DNA of 64,000 bases from a virus. The stretch lies in IMG/VR virus record IMGVR_UViG_3300037427_004270; one strand, given 5' to 3'. The translations under genes and the position numbers were made by a program. Positions 45,477 to 54,255 of this stretch are shown piece by piece. The first letter of the stretch is position 1. Each line of letters opens with the position of its first letter. Under the pieces are notes generated by a model, which was not told where the DNA came from, made no database searches, and saw only the letters and a list, made by a program, of their open reading frames with translations.

Positions 45477-46746
45477 ATCTAATCACCACCTTTCGTTTTT
45501 TATTTTCTCGTAACATCCCTTCCTTAAAAGGGATATTGTTAATTTTAAATTCTCCTGCCAATGCCTGAAGGACTTGTTTGATAGCATCTCCGGGAATATT
45601 TCTACTTTTCATAGTGTCTTTAAGGGATTGGCTCCCTTTCACTTTAGTATTCCCCACTGCAGATGGACCTCTTGTTAGGGGTGCAGTTTTTGCATCGAGT
45701 TGCTCGTCGTCGCCTTTTAGCTTTGGCGCAACTTTCATATATTTGGAAAGAACGTTTTTCAGGCCCGTTGCTATGTCTGAAGGGTTTGGTATCTTGTCGT
45801 TTACTATATCTGTAATTGCTGTAATCACTTCTTCATACTCAGCTCTGCTATTGATGAGAGCGAGTTGCCTTATCAGAGCGGGATTCTTTCCCATATAAGT
45901 TTGCAATCTCTTTGCATCAGAAGTTTTGTACCCACCAAGAGCCTGCTCAATATCTGCCTTAACTGCCTCTTCGTTCATGCTTGTGAGTTTGTTTGTGAAG
46001 TTGAACACATTTGGTGCGGTCCAGGCAGCATTGGCTTTCCAATTGGTTTTGGTATTCCCCCAGTTTCCTTTGGCGGGATCAAAATAGGAATCCATAGCCC
46101 TAGCTAAAGATTTTAGGGCTCCTGGCTCTACGCCGGGATAATCTTTAAGCCACTTGATAATACCCAAAGTATCAATCTTTCCTTTTTCTCCTGCTAGCTT
46201 TAGAGGAGGATATTTATCAGGAGCAAGTTCAACATCTGCAGGAACTTCTTTAGCAACAGCAGTAACATCTGTTGCATCAAGCTCGCCGTCCTGGGCGACC
46301 TTCTTAATGTTATCTATAGCTTTCTCTGTTTCTTCTGGGGGCTTGTCGGCCAACATACCAGCAAGCTTGCCGAGGAGGTCCCTTGTATTACTTTGTAAAT
46401 CAGTAAGACCAAGACTCGCAACTTGTTGCATAAGCCGATCAGCCTTTTCCTTATCGGACACTGGAGCCTCTTCCTTCTTTAGTTTTCCTGTTGAATGCCA
46501 CCATTCGGCTGCAGCTTGATATAATTGTTTTTCAGCTTCAGGATCTGACATACCGGAAGAAGCAATATCCCATGCGTCTTTCCAGGCATCCTCGCCAGTG
46601 GAACCAACAACTGCTTGCTTGAAACTACTGAGTCTTTTGCTGAGAGAAACCTCGTTGAGAGTGTTATCTTTTTTCAAAGAAACACCTTGGTTCTCCAAAA
46701 GCCTTTCAAACAGCTTCAGGTTTCTTTTGTCAAAGACCTTCTTCAC
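45442..46746 (-). CDS. Probable capsid-internal protein (434 aa) with the RNxKLFxRLLENQG leader
   Basis: GTG at 46746 overlaps the upstream TAG; leader shared with the 46746-47159 gene. Confidence 0.65.
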   Translation of the reverse strand: MKKVFDKRNLKLFERLLENQGVSLKKDNTLNEVSLSKRLSSFKQAVVGSTGEDAWKDAWDIASSGMSDPEAEKQLYQAAAEWWHSTGKLKKEEAPVSDKEKADRLMQQVASLGLTDLQSNTRDLLGKLAGMLADKPPEETEKAIDNIKKVAQDGELDATDVTAVAKEVPADVELAPDKYPPLKLAGEKGKIDTLGIIKWLKDYPGVEPGALKSLARAMDSYFDPAKGNWGNTKTNWKANAAWTAPNVFNFTNKLTSMNEEAVKADIEQALGGYKTSDAKRLQTYMGKNPALIRQLALINSRAEYEEVITAITDIVNDKIPNPSDIATGLKNVLSKYMKVAPKLKGDDEQLDAKTAPLTRGPSAVGNTKVKGSQSLKDTMKSRNIPGDAIKQVLQALAGEFKINNIPFKEGMLRENKKRKVVIRYGKSKAKKEES

Positions 46747-47159
46747 TACTCGTCTTCCTTCGTAGAACAATGAGCTTCGTCTACTTTTTCCTCGCCACTG
46801 AGCTTTGCGCCACAGTTCGTGCAGTGGTTGTTAGCTTTGCTATTCAAAGTTCCGCACTGAGGACAGTGCATGGCCATGATGCCTTCTCTAACTTCTTCTT
46901 GCTCTTCTTTCATCTCACACTCACAAGGAGACTTGCCACACTTGGGACACACTTCGCCTTCAGTGACTTCTTTTTTGGCTTTTGCGTCTTTTGCAGCTTT
47001 TTCCATTGGCTCGTCTTTGTTGCCATCACCGTCGAGATCTCGATAATCAGGCTTCTTTTCTTCTTCCTTGATGGAACTCTCGTGTTTTAAACCTTGGTTT
47101 TCAAGCAGTCTATTGAAGAGTTTTTCATTTCTGTTATTTAATAGCTTATGTCGTTTCAT
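46746..47159 (-). CDS. Probable capsid-internal protein with two zinc-finger-like CxxC pairs (137 aa)
   Basis: Shared leader; KPDYRDLDGDGNKDEPMEKAAKDAK motif; CPKC..CEC and CPQC..CTNC. Confidence 0.7.
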   Translation of the reverse strand: MKRHKLLNNRNEKLFNRLLENQGLKHESSIKEEEKKPDYRDLDGDGNKDEPMEKAAKDAKAKKEVTEGEVCPKCGKSPCECEMKEEQEEVREGIMAMHCPQCGTLNSKANNHCTNCGAKLSGEEKVDEAHCSTKEDE

Positions 47160-47548
47160 TTTTTAATACTCCCGTATTTTATTCCATCTTCCCAATCTCG
47201 CAGGAGACAGTTACCTTCTAAGTAGGCTTCTTTTTCCATTAATCTCAAATGTTCGTTGTTTTGCATATATCCCTCTGTTGCAGGGCCAGCGTTATCAAAC
47301 TCACCTCGACAGTTCTGTGCGTGATGTACCAGCTCGTGTGCAAGAGAACGCATACAGTCTTTCGGCTGTCTGTTTGTTGTGTATATCACAATCTTGTTTT
47401 CTGCAGGAGAATAGTGAGCAGTCATCCCCAATAATAGTTTAGCATTTTCAGGGTCATGACGCAATACGACTCTCACAGGCTTATTATATCCGAGGACACC
47501 CTGTGCATACGGAACGAATTCCTTTATCATATCTTTTAGATCTTTCAT
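47156..47548 (-). CDS. Zincin-like metallopeptidase (130 aa)
   Basis: MRSLAHELVHHAQ (HExxH), downstream EKEAYLEG. Confidence 0.75.
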   Translation of the reverse strand: MKDLKDMIKEFVPYAQGVLGYNKPVRVVLRHDPENAKLLLGMTAHYSPAENKIVIYTTNRQPKDCMRSLAHELVHHAQNCRGEFDNAGPATEGYMQNNEHLRLMEKEAYLEGNCLLRDWEDGIKYGSIKK

Positions 47549-47553
47549 GCATA

Positions 47554-47560
47554 TAAATAG
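47554..47560 (-). promoter_or_regulatory. CTATTTA candidate late-promoter motif
   Basis: 5 nt before the ATG at 47548, in a 16-nt gap. Confidence 0.5.
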
Positions 47561-47564
47561 TATT

Positions 47565-47900
47565 TTATAGTGCTACTTGCACTAAAATAATGATTATACA
47601 CAGTACAAGGCATATTCCGGTCTTAATTGTTACGGTTTCACCGAGAAAAAAATAGGTCATAAAAGTGAAAACAATTGTACCGATAGTAAAGCCCATGATG
47701 CGACAAGGCCAGAGATTTTCCTCAAAAACTTCATAGCCAAGTCTCGTAGCTTGAATAAAGATATATGAAAATGGAATACCAAGGAGACACAGCAGCGGAG
47801 TGTTATCTCTAAAACTTTTCCAAACAAGTTGGCCACTACTCTGTAGCCAGACAAGAATATGCCCTAAGAATACTAAGCCAACAAATGTCAGGAGTTTCAT
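47565..47900 (-). CDS. Small four-TM membrane protein (SMR/DMT-like), 111 aa
   Basis: Four hydrophobic segments; ends FFLGETVTIKTGICLVL. Confidence 0.7.
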   Translation of the reverse strand: MKLLTFVGLVFLGHILVWLQSSGQLVWKSFRDNTPLLCLLGIPFSYIFIQATRLGYEVFEENLWPCRIMGFTIGTIVFTFMTYFFLGETVTIKTGICLVLCIIIILVQVAL

Positions 47901-50900
47901 TACGCACCAGAGCCAGGAGGAGCACTCTTACTTCTCTTGGTGGGTGCAAGCTTGTGCCCCTTATCAGCCGTTTTTCCAGGAACTCTTATAAGCAGGCCCT
48001 TCCTCGTGGAGTGTTGTTTTTTAGCCGGACTATTCTGGTAGTCTTTTGCTTCTTGAGCTGGCTGTGGAGCTCCCAACGTTGCACCCACTGGCTCTCCTGC
48101 TTGGACACCTGCGAGCTTTCTGTCGGCATCAAAATTATTATCTCTTCTGATACTCTGAGGGTTCATCTTTATCCATCTCTCAGTAGCAGACTGAAGAGAG
48201 GCTTGCCAGAGCTTCCAGTGTTTGTCGAATAGTCTAGTTCCGTCAACAATAGCGTCGAGTTCTTCCTCGCTGTATTTGGAGAGTTCAACGGATATATCCA
48301 TTTTAGCTGTTGTCTTATAAACTATCATGTAACCCACCAAATCATTTCTTTCCGAAACATACATGATTCTATCAATGATATCGTCTGTGTCCTGCTCCTC
48401 CATACCTGGTAGAGAAGGCTGTCTTTGTAGAAGCTTTTGAAAGACATTTAGTCCTCTTCTGAGTATTTTCTGAGCTCCGTCATTACTTGGCCTATCACCA
48501 ATAATTTGTGTCTTGTCTTGCTGTACTTCTTCCGGTGGTGGATAAGGAATACTAAATTCCATCTCGCCATTTTCCGGGTCAAAAGATATCAAGTGAAGAT
48601 TCTTATATTGTTCTTCAAACTCATCCTGTAATTCTTTTGCAGTTTTATCTTCAACTTCTCTGCCGTCGTCTTCGGGGTCATATACTTGAACTTCAGCATT
48701 CTCACCCTGACCATAAAGCAAAGTATCATATTTTGTGAAAGGTAAAACACCTCCCTCAATGAGAGTTGCCCTTATTTTTCCTTGGCATGCTTCATATTTG
48801 TTATCGGGACCATACTCGACATTGTTGAAGAAGTCTTCTGCTCCTTCTATACCACTTTCTCCATAAAAAGAGCCATAGCATTCAATTGTTACTTTCACAG
48901 TTCTTCCACTAACGTGGATATCAATATACTGCATAAGATCTTGCATGATGGCCGGGTCTTCCTGATTGCCAATCATGAGGTTCTGATTTGCATCCTGAAA
49001 CGCATCCCGAAGGGCATCGAGCTCATACATATCCAAGTCTTCTTTCCCGTCAAACTCTCCTGAGTCGTAGATAAAAGATATCGTTGCTTCCACATTGATA
49101 GTCATATCTTCGTAGTCGTCGTATGTATCGAAAGCTAGCGATATTCTATTTCCATGATCGAGGCGCTGTTCTGCTGCTTCCATTATCTCTTTCAGTTTAC
49201 TATCGTAATCAATCATCTCATAATCGAATACAGTATCAAACCTACCTTCAAAGCCATTGTCTTTAAGTACATCTTTTAATTTACCATGTAATATTTCAAA
49301 CTCATCCCCGCGCACAGGAGTATCTGTTACATCCATAAACTGCTTTGAACCATAATGAAACTGGAATCTGTCTCCGTCATCTTCGGGATCATCACGAGTA
49401 TCTCCCGGAGTATGGATATAAAACAACGGGTCATCCTCGCCACCGTAGTATTGATTAAAATAATCTAAGCCAGGAGAAGCAGTGCACCAGCTAGTCTTTT
49501 TACCTAGTAAACATGCAGCGCCCTTTCCATGAGCTGCAGCAATAACCCAGCCATCCTTACTTCTTCTAAACTGAGGGATGCCCTGCTCGTCTCGAAGAAC
49601 TTGGCCCTTGTCATCTAACTTATACCCACCAGCGAAAAACTCTGTTCTGCCAACAGCATCATTTGCCATCTTCTTGTCGTTTTCTGCATCAATAGAAGCC
49701 TGTCCAGCTTTGACGACATCATCTAGCATTTCTTTAGTTTTTATTTGCCCGATGTCAGAAACTTTCATATGTCTTGGGTGCTGAAAGAACGTTTCGAAGT
49801 TCTGACGGATAAGTATAGCATCACGGTTGGCCAGCGGGTACTGTCCTGAGAGTATTCTGTCTCTCAGCTCAGTGTCTGTTTTAAGATACCTCAGCCACCA
49901 AAATATTATCTGAGCTCGGTTTGAATCTTGTATGGATTTGTGTTTCTCCGGTTGGTGGGTGCGAGAAATGTTACCAGGAACTACATCTGCCGGAGTATAT
50001 GTCAGAGATATTACTGAATGCAATTTCTTGTGTAGTCTATTATAGTCATCACCGGGATCTTTACCTTGATCAAAGTTATAGCTTTTGATAATCTTCTTTC
50101 CGGCTTTGCCTCCGAGGGAACTCATTGCGTCGTCAAGACTGACTTCTTGCAACAACTCCTCTCCAAGTAGTTTTACTAAAATTCTTTCTTCTAACTTCAT
50201 AGCACTTTCCTCTAGACCTAACTGGCCCATAATAGCATCAATACTGTCTCGCGTACCTACGAGCTCTTTTTCTGGAGCCTCTCGCGGATGATTCTTTATC
50301 CACTCTTTCGCAAGTTTTGTAAACTCTTTAAAAGCTTTCACGTCCATCTTTTCGGGCCACTCATTAGCGGCGGGACCGGTCGTTGCTGGCAAATCTGAAC
50401 TCAACGAATGTGAGAAGTTTCTCAAATCGCTGATAGCACCTGCATAAAGCCTATCCATTTCTTCTGCTGGAATTTTGCTTTCGGGGTCTGTGATCATCAC
50501 TGACCAGCGCATGTCCATAATAATATATTCTTGCTTTCCTTTGCGGCCAGTAATATCAAGCTTTGGTTCTCTTATTTTGGCCTTGAAAACTCTATCCACA
50601 GGAACTTCGCCATTATCATATTTTTCCTTACCACTGTTGAATGTATGTAATGCAACGCCTTCAACCATCTTAGAATATTCAGGAAGGTCCATTTTCATTC
50701 GGAGGTAACTCACAAACTGCTCGTTCCTTGATCTGTCGTTACCTCGGAATTCCTCGTGTCCTGTCATCTTCTCATAACCACCGATTTCATCTGGTATGGG
50801 CAAATAAACAAAATTCTTAATATTTGCAACGAGCCTTCCAGCTTCAACCTCAGTGGCAGACATATATGCGTGTGCACTTGGTTTGTCCGGAGCTTCGTTG

Positions 50901-51970
50901 TGTAGGGGAAGAACTTTGTCGTGATAGTTGCTTTCCCATTCTTTAGTCAACTTGTCCATCAGGTCTGAATATTTCTTTTGACGTGATGCTGCAGGGTTTG
51001 GGTTTTTCTCTAGGTCATCTTCCAGTGTATCAAGCAACACATCCACCATCATTTCTATCTTGTCTTCTTCAACACCCCAAGCTTTAAGAGCACCATCAAG
51101 AAAGTCAATGTCGTGCTGCTTATCTTCTGCGTCGAATATTTCCATCCGACCGTTGGCGTTGAACACAAGCGCGACTTTATCGTAGCGAGTTCGATCTTTA
51201 GTCTTCGTCGGCTTCTTTTCTTTCCCAGGTTTTTCTTCTCGACCGATAAAGGGGAGAAGTTCGTGGTATTTTTTGATGAGGTTTGTGACTCTGTTGCGAG
51301 CAAACAACTCTCTTCTTCCGCTGACCTTGCCATCGTCGTCCAGCACAACTATATCATTTGCGTTTTTAACCATCCAGGCTAAATATTTGTTTTTTCCAGA
51401 AGGGTCTTCTTGTGACATCTTGTCAATACCCCTTGGGCCACTGTATGTCTTATTCCAGTCTTCATAATCTGATAGAACCCATTGGGGGTATTTCTTTTTT
51501 AAGTCTTCGAGTTTGCCTTCAAACAGGTCGTCGAGCTGAGCGTTGAAGTCTTCAACCTCATCATCAGACATGTCTCCTGCTCTACCAGCATCAACACTTT
51601 TCGGAAGAATGTAATAGAGAGTTACGCCATGACGGTTATAATATCTATCAAACATATTTGATTCTTTGGAACCAGCCGTACACCACTTTGTCCCAGAACC
51701 ATAGTGACAAGAAGCTTCTGTTGTTTTCGGTGCGACAATTTGAAATGCATCACTAGGACTTTCTACTTTTCTGTATTCTTCTGGGGGAACACTTTTCTTT
51801 GCTTTCTTTTCTTGAGAGGCTTTCTTTAAGCTTGCGGCCTTCTGAATGACGACTCCCATTTCCCTGGGGGTGAGAGTAGTGTGGTCTTTAGGGTTTGACT
51901 TCTTTCCTTCTTCTATCTCGTTGTCTGGCTTTCTTGTTATTTTAGCATATATCTTTTCTTCTAATTTCAT
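47900..51970 (-). CDS. Large two-part protein (1356 aa) with a duplicated WCTA domain and a repeated MKLEE leader
   Basis: ASCHYGSGTKWCTA and AACLLGKKTSWCTA; MKLEEKIYAKI at residue 1 and MKLEERILVKL at residue 591. Confidence 0.75.
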   Translation of the reverse strand: MKLEEKIYAKITRKPDNEIEEGKKSNPKDHTTLTPREMGVVIQKAASLKKASQEKKAKKSVPPEEYRKVESPSDAFQIVAPKTTEASCHYGSGTKWCTAGSKESNMFDRYYNRHGVTLYYILPKSVDAGRAGDMSDDEVEDFNAQLDDLFEGKLEDLKKKYPQWVLSDYEDWNKTYSGPRGIDKMSQEDPSGKNKYLAWMVKNANDIVVLDDDGKVSGRRELFARNRVTNLIKKYHELLPFIGREEKPGKEKKPTKTKDRTRYDKVALVFNANGRMEIFDAEDKQHDIDFLDGALKAWGVEEDKIEMMVDVLLDTLEDDLEKNPNPAASRQKKYSDLMDKLTKEWESNYHDKVLPLHNEAPDKPSAHAYMSATEVEAGRLVANIKNFVYLPIPDEIGGYEKMTGHEEFRGNDRSRNEQFVSYLRMKMDLPEYSKMVEGVALHTFNSGKEKYDNGEVPVDRVFKAKIREPKLDITGRKGKQEYIIMDMRWSVMITDPESKIPAEEMDRLYAGAISDLRNFSHSLSSDLPATTGPAANEWPEKMDVKAFKEFTKLAKEWIKNHPREAPEKELVGTRDSIDAIMGQLGLEESAMKLEERILVKLLGEELLQEVSLDDAMSSLGGKAGKKIIKSYNFDQGKDPGDDYNRLHKKLHSVISLTYTPADVVPGNISRTHQPEKHKSIQDSNRAQIIFWWLRYLKTDTELRDRILSGQYPLANRDAILIRQNFETFFQHPRHMKVSDIGQIKTKEMLDDVVKAGQASIDAENDKKMANDAVGRTEFFAGGYKLDDKGQVLRDEQGIPQFRRSKDGWVIAAAHGKGAACLLGKKTSWCTASPGLDYFNQYYGGEDDPLFYIHTPGDTRDDPEDDGDRFQFHYGSKQFMDVTDTPVRGDEFEILHGKLKDVLKDNGFEGRFDTVFDYEMIDYDSKLKEIMEAAEQRLDHGNRISLAFDTYDDYEDMTINVEATISFIYDSGEFDGKEDLDMYELDALRDAFQDANQNLMIGNQEDPAIMQDLMQYIDIHVSGRTVKVTIECYGSFYGESGIEGAEDFFNNVEYGPDNKYEACQGKIRATLIEGGVLPFTKYDTLLYGQGENAEVQVYDPEDDGREVEDKTAKELQDEFEEQYKNLHLISFDPENGEMEFSIPYPPPEEVQQDKTQIIGDRPSNDGAQKILRRGLNVFQKLLQRQPSLPGMEEQDTDDIIDRIMYVSERNDLVGYMIVYKTTAKMDISVELSKYSEEELDAIVDGTRLFDKHWKLWQASLQSATERWIKMNPQSIRRDNNFDADRKLAGVQAGEPVGATLGAPQPAQEAKDYQNSPAKKQHSTRKGLLIRVPGKTADKGHKLAPTKRSKSAPPGSGA

Positions 51971-52554
51971 TTGATGTCCTCGTTGAGAAAGATTTCTGTT
52001 TTCCCAAACTTGGGAGTATCAAATATGTCTACTTTCTCTATTTCGAATTTTGCTGCAGCGACATAGCAGCAATCGTATATATCTGCTGAGTCTATCATCC
52101 ATTCATTTTTGTCTACCTTGTTTGGTAAACGATAGTCACACCAATATTCTTGGCCGTTTTTCTCGTATATACATAGTGCATGGGCAGACATCTGTCCGTT
52201 GCCCTTTTTAAGCATAGAATAATATCCGAACCACACTCTGTCAACGAGGTTGGACTTTTTCAAAACAGTAGCCCAAAATATAGCATGGTCGTCACAATCG
52301 CCAAACAGCTTGCCGGAGTCTATATTATTTTGCAGACGTGAAGGATGAGTAAGATAGTCTAGCATTCCATTTACAGGATCTTTGCGATACTTTGTACCCC
52401 AATCAAAAAACTCGGGTATCTCACAAATGTCATTCATTTTTCTTAGTGTAACATTGTCTCTAGTTAGAAACATGGTAAGTCGATACCACACTTTTGCAAA
52501 TGAGACGTTTAGTGAGAATAATTTTTTGGTGAGGAATATCTTAATTTTCTTCAT
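51967..52554 (-). CDS. Transglutaminase-like cysteine protease-fold protein (195 aa)
   Basis: GDCDDHA (catalytic Cys), HALCIY, WCDY (Cys-His-Asp triad). Confidence 0.75.
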   Translation of the reverse strand: MKKIKIFLTKKLFSLNVSFAKVWYRLTMFLTRDNVTLRKMNDICEIPEFFDWGTKYRKDPVNGMLDYLTHPSRLQNNIDSGKLFGDCDDHAIFWATVLKKSNLVDRVWFGYYSMLKKGNGQMSAHALCIYEKNGQEYWCDYRLPNKVDKNEWMIDSADIYDCCYVAAAKFEIEKVDIFDTPKFGKTEIFLNEDIK

Positions 52555-52558
52555 GATA

Positions 52559-52565
52559 TAAATAG
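52559..52565 (-). promoter_or_regulatory. CTATTTA candidate late-promoter motif
   Basis: 4 nt before the ATG at 52554, in a 15-nt gap. Confidence 0.5.
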
Positions 52566-52569
52566 TTTT

Positions 52570-52797
52570 TTAATACACAACTTCTAAAAAGTTTTTATAC
52601 ATGAAGCAGGAATAGGGTTTTTGATCAAAACTGAATGGCGCATCGGGCCGCCAAAGCCAACTAACTTTCACCATTCTTGGGTCCGGTGACAAGCCACTGC
52701 ACTTCAAAATAATACCATATCTTTTTGGGGAACACTTGCTGCTCACTAATGTTCCGACATCAATTTTATTACTCTTAACAGGTTGGACTGATTTCAT
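52570..52797 (-). CDS. Small SH3/KOW-like protein (75 aa)
   Basis: IDVGTLV..YGIIL..MVKVSW. Confidence 0.55.
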   Translation of the reverse strand: MKSVQPVKSNKIDVGTLVSSKCSPKRYGIILKCSGLSPDPRMVKVSWLWRPDAPFSFDQKPYSCFMYKNFLEVVY

Positions 52798-53053
52798 CTA
52801 TTTCTACTCCCATAATAAACAGATTTAACAAAAGTTCTTCATACTCTACTTCATCTAACACAAACATCATATAAGATAAGAATTCTTTAGCATCACTCCT
52901 ACACAGTGTATCTATATGATAACATATAAATGTCATTATCTCTGCGTCGATGACTTCTGGTATTTCCGGAAGGCTCTCGATAGGTATATTGAATTTATAT
53001 TTTGAAATTTCTTTTTTTACTTTAGCTATCTTTTCACTTCTTTTTTCAAACAT
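52775..53053 (-). CDS. Hypothetical protein (92 aa)
   Basis: Tiled ORF. Confidence 0.65.
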   Translation of the reverse strand: MFEKRSEKIAKVKKEISKYKFNIPIESLPEIPEVIDAEIMTFICYHIDTLCRSDAKEFLSYMMFVLDEVEYEELLLNLFIMGVEIDEISPTC

Positions 53054-53573
53054 TTTCTTCCATTAAGCCCTCATAGTATTCGTCCAGCTCCTCTTCTGTC
53101 ATCCATTCTGTAGGTATAAAATCTGAAGTGTTTATCTTTCCTGCGCCGGGCAAAGGAACACTCTCTTTTGTTATTTCATCTTCCCATTCAGAATATAGCT
53201 GGTCTTCTTCCTTATCAGTACGTATCTCTTCGTCTTGTTTTTCAGGCTCGGAAAAAACGTGTCTTAAAATATCATCTCTTGCTTTTTTGCAAACTCTTTC
53301 ATGTTCTTGCAATTGATCGCAAGCTCTTTTAATGCTTTCGTCATATATTATATCATACTTCTCTACTTTAATGCAATAAGAATCTAACGCCCATGCTTCT
53401 CTGTTTTTATATTTTATCCTTAAAAATATAACTCCCTGGTGTGAGCGGCTGGATTTTACATCTATGACTTCACAAACATTTCCAGGTATCATGTTATTTG
53501 ATGCCTTCCAGTATTTCCACCACTTTATTCTATTAGCTATTTGAACCCAATCACCCTTACTAAAGCTCGCCAT
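53046..53573 (-). CDS. Hypothetical protein with an N-terminal SH3-like domain (175 aa)
   Basis: FSKGDWVQI..VCEVIDV..FLRIKY; acidic tail. Confidence 0.65.
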   Translation of the reverse strand: MASFSKGDWVQIANRIKWWKYWKASNNMIPGNVCEVIDVKSSRSHQGVIFLRIKYKNREAWALDSYCIKVEKYDIIYDESIKRACDQLQEHERVCKKARDDILRHVFSEPEKQDEEIRTDKEEDQLYSEWEDEITKESVPLPGAGKINTSDFIPTEWMTEEELDEYYEGLMEENV

Positions 53574-54165
53574 TGTTAACCCCCAAGAACCGAAACCATT
53601 CAGTCTTTTTAAAGCGCCTTGCGTAGTATCTAAAAAATTTAATATCGAAACATAAAGGCTTTGGTCTTTTAAGTAGTTTCATGTTACATTGTAACAGAGT
53701 CTTACTGCCTTTTAAATTATTGCACTCTTTGCAGCTCGTTGCTGCATTTGCCCATGACATCTCTCCCCCTTTGGACTTTGGGATAATATGATCCACGGTC
53801 GCATGGCCTTGGGATAACTTTATTCCGCAGTATTGGCACTCGTACATATCTCTGATAAATATGTTCATCTTGGTACATGAGGGAGAGCGAGTTCTTTTTT
53901 GAATATAGTTTTTAAGTATTATTATTTTTGGAATTCCAAACACACTGCTTACTGAGCGAAGAACTTCGAAGTCTGCATCCCTCATTTCATTCCTGTGTTT
54001 CGAATGTCTCATCCACTCTTCGAGAGTAAAAACATTATAGTCATTATCTATCACATTTGCTGCTTCTCTGAAAACAAGATAAATGGCCCCGCGAACGCTT
54101 GTTATTCTTATGGGGCGATAGTTTTTATCTAAGACTAATACCTTCTTATTAAGAATCAAAGGCAT
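53560..54165 (-). CDS. HNH endonuclease (McrA-like), 201 aa
   Basis: IFIRDMYECQYCG, TVDHIIPKSKGG, ANAATSCKECNNLKG. Confidence 0.92.
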   Translation of the reverse strand: MPLILNKKVLVLDKNYRPIRITSVRGAIYLVFREAANVIDNDYNVFTLEEWMRHSKHRNEMRDADFEVLRSVSSVFGIPKIIILKNYIQKRTRSPSCTKMNIFIRDMYECQYCGIKLSQGHATVDHIIPKSKGGEMSWANAATSCKECNNLKGSKTLLQCNMKLLKRPKPLCFDIKFFRYYARRFKKTEWFRFLGVNNGEL

Positions 54166-54255
54166 GGCAGCATCCTCGGCAAACTCCCTCCTACGGGCGT
54201 AGTGCCCTATGAGGACACCACCATATTAATATATATGATAGAAGAGATATTTTAA

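Noticed and set aside
53560-54165. HNH as part of a group I intron or IscB/TnpB-like RNA-guided element
   Set aside because: No interrupted host gene, no RuvC motifs, and only ~85 nt of flanking non-coding sequence.
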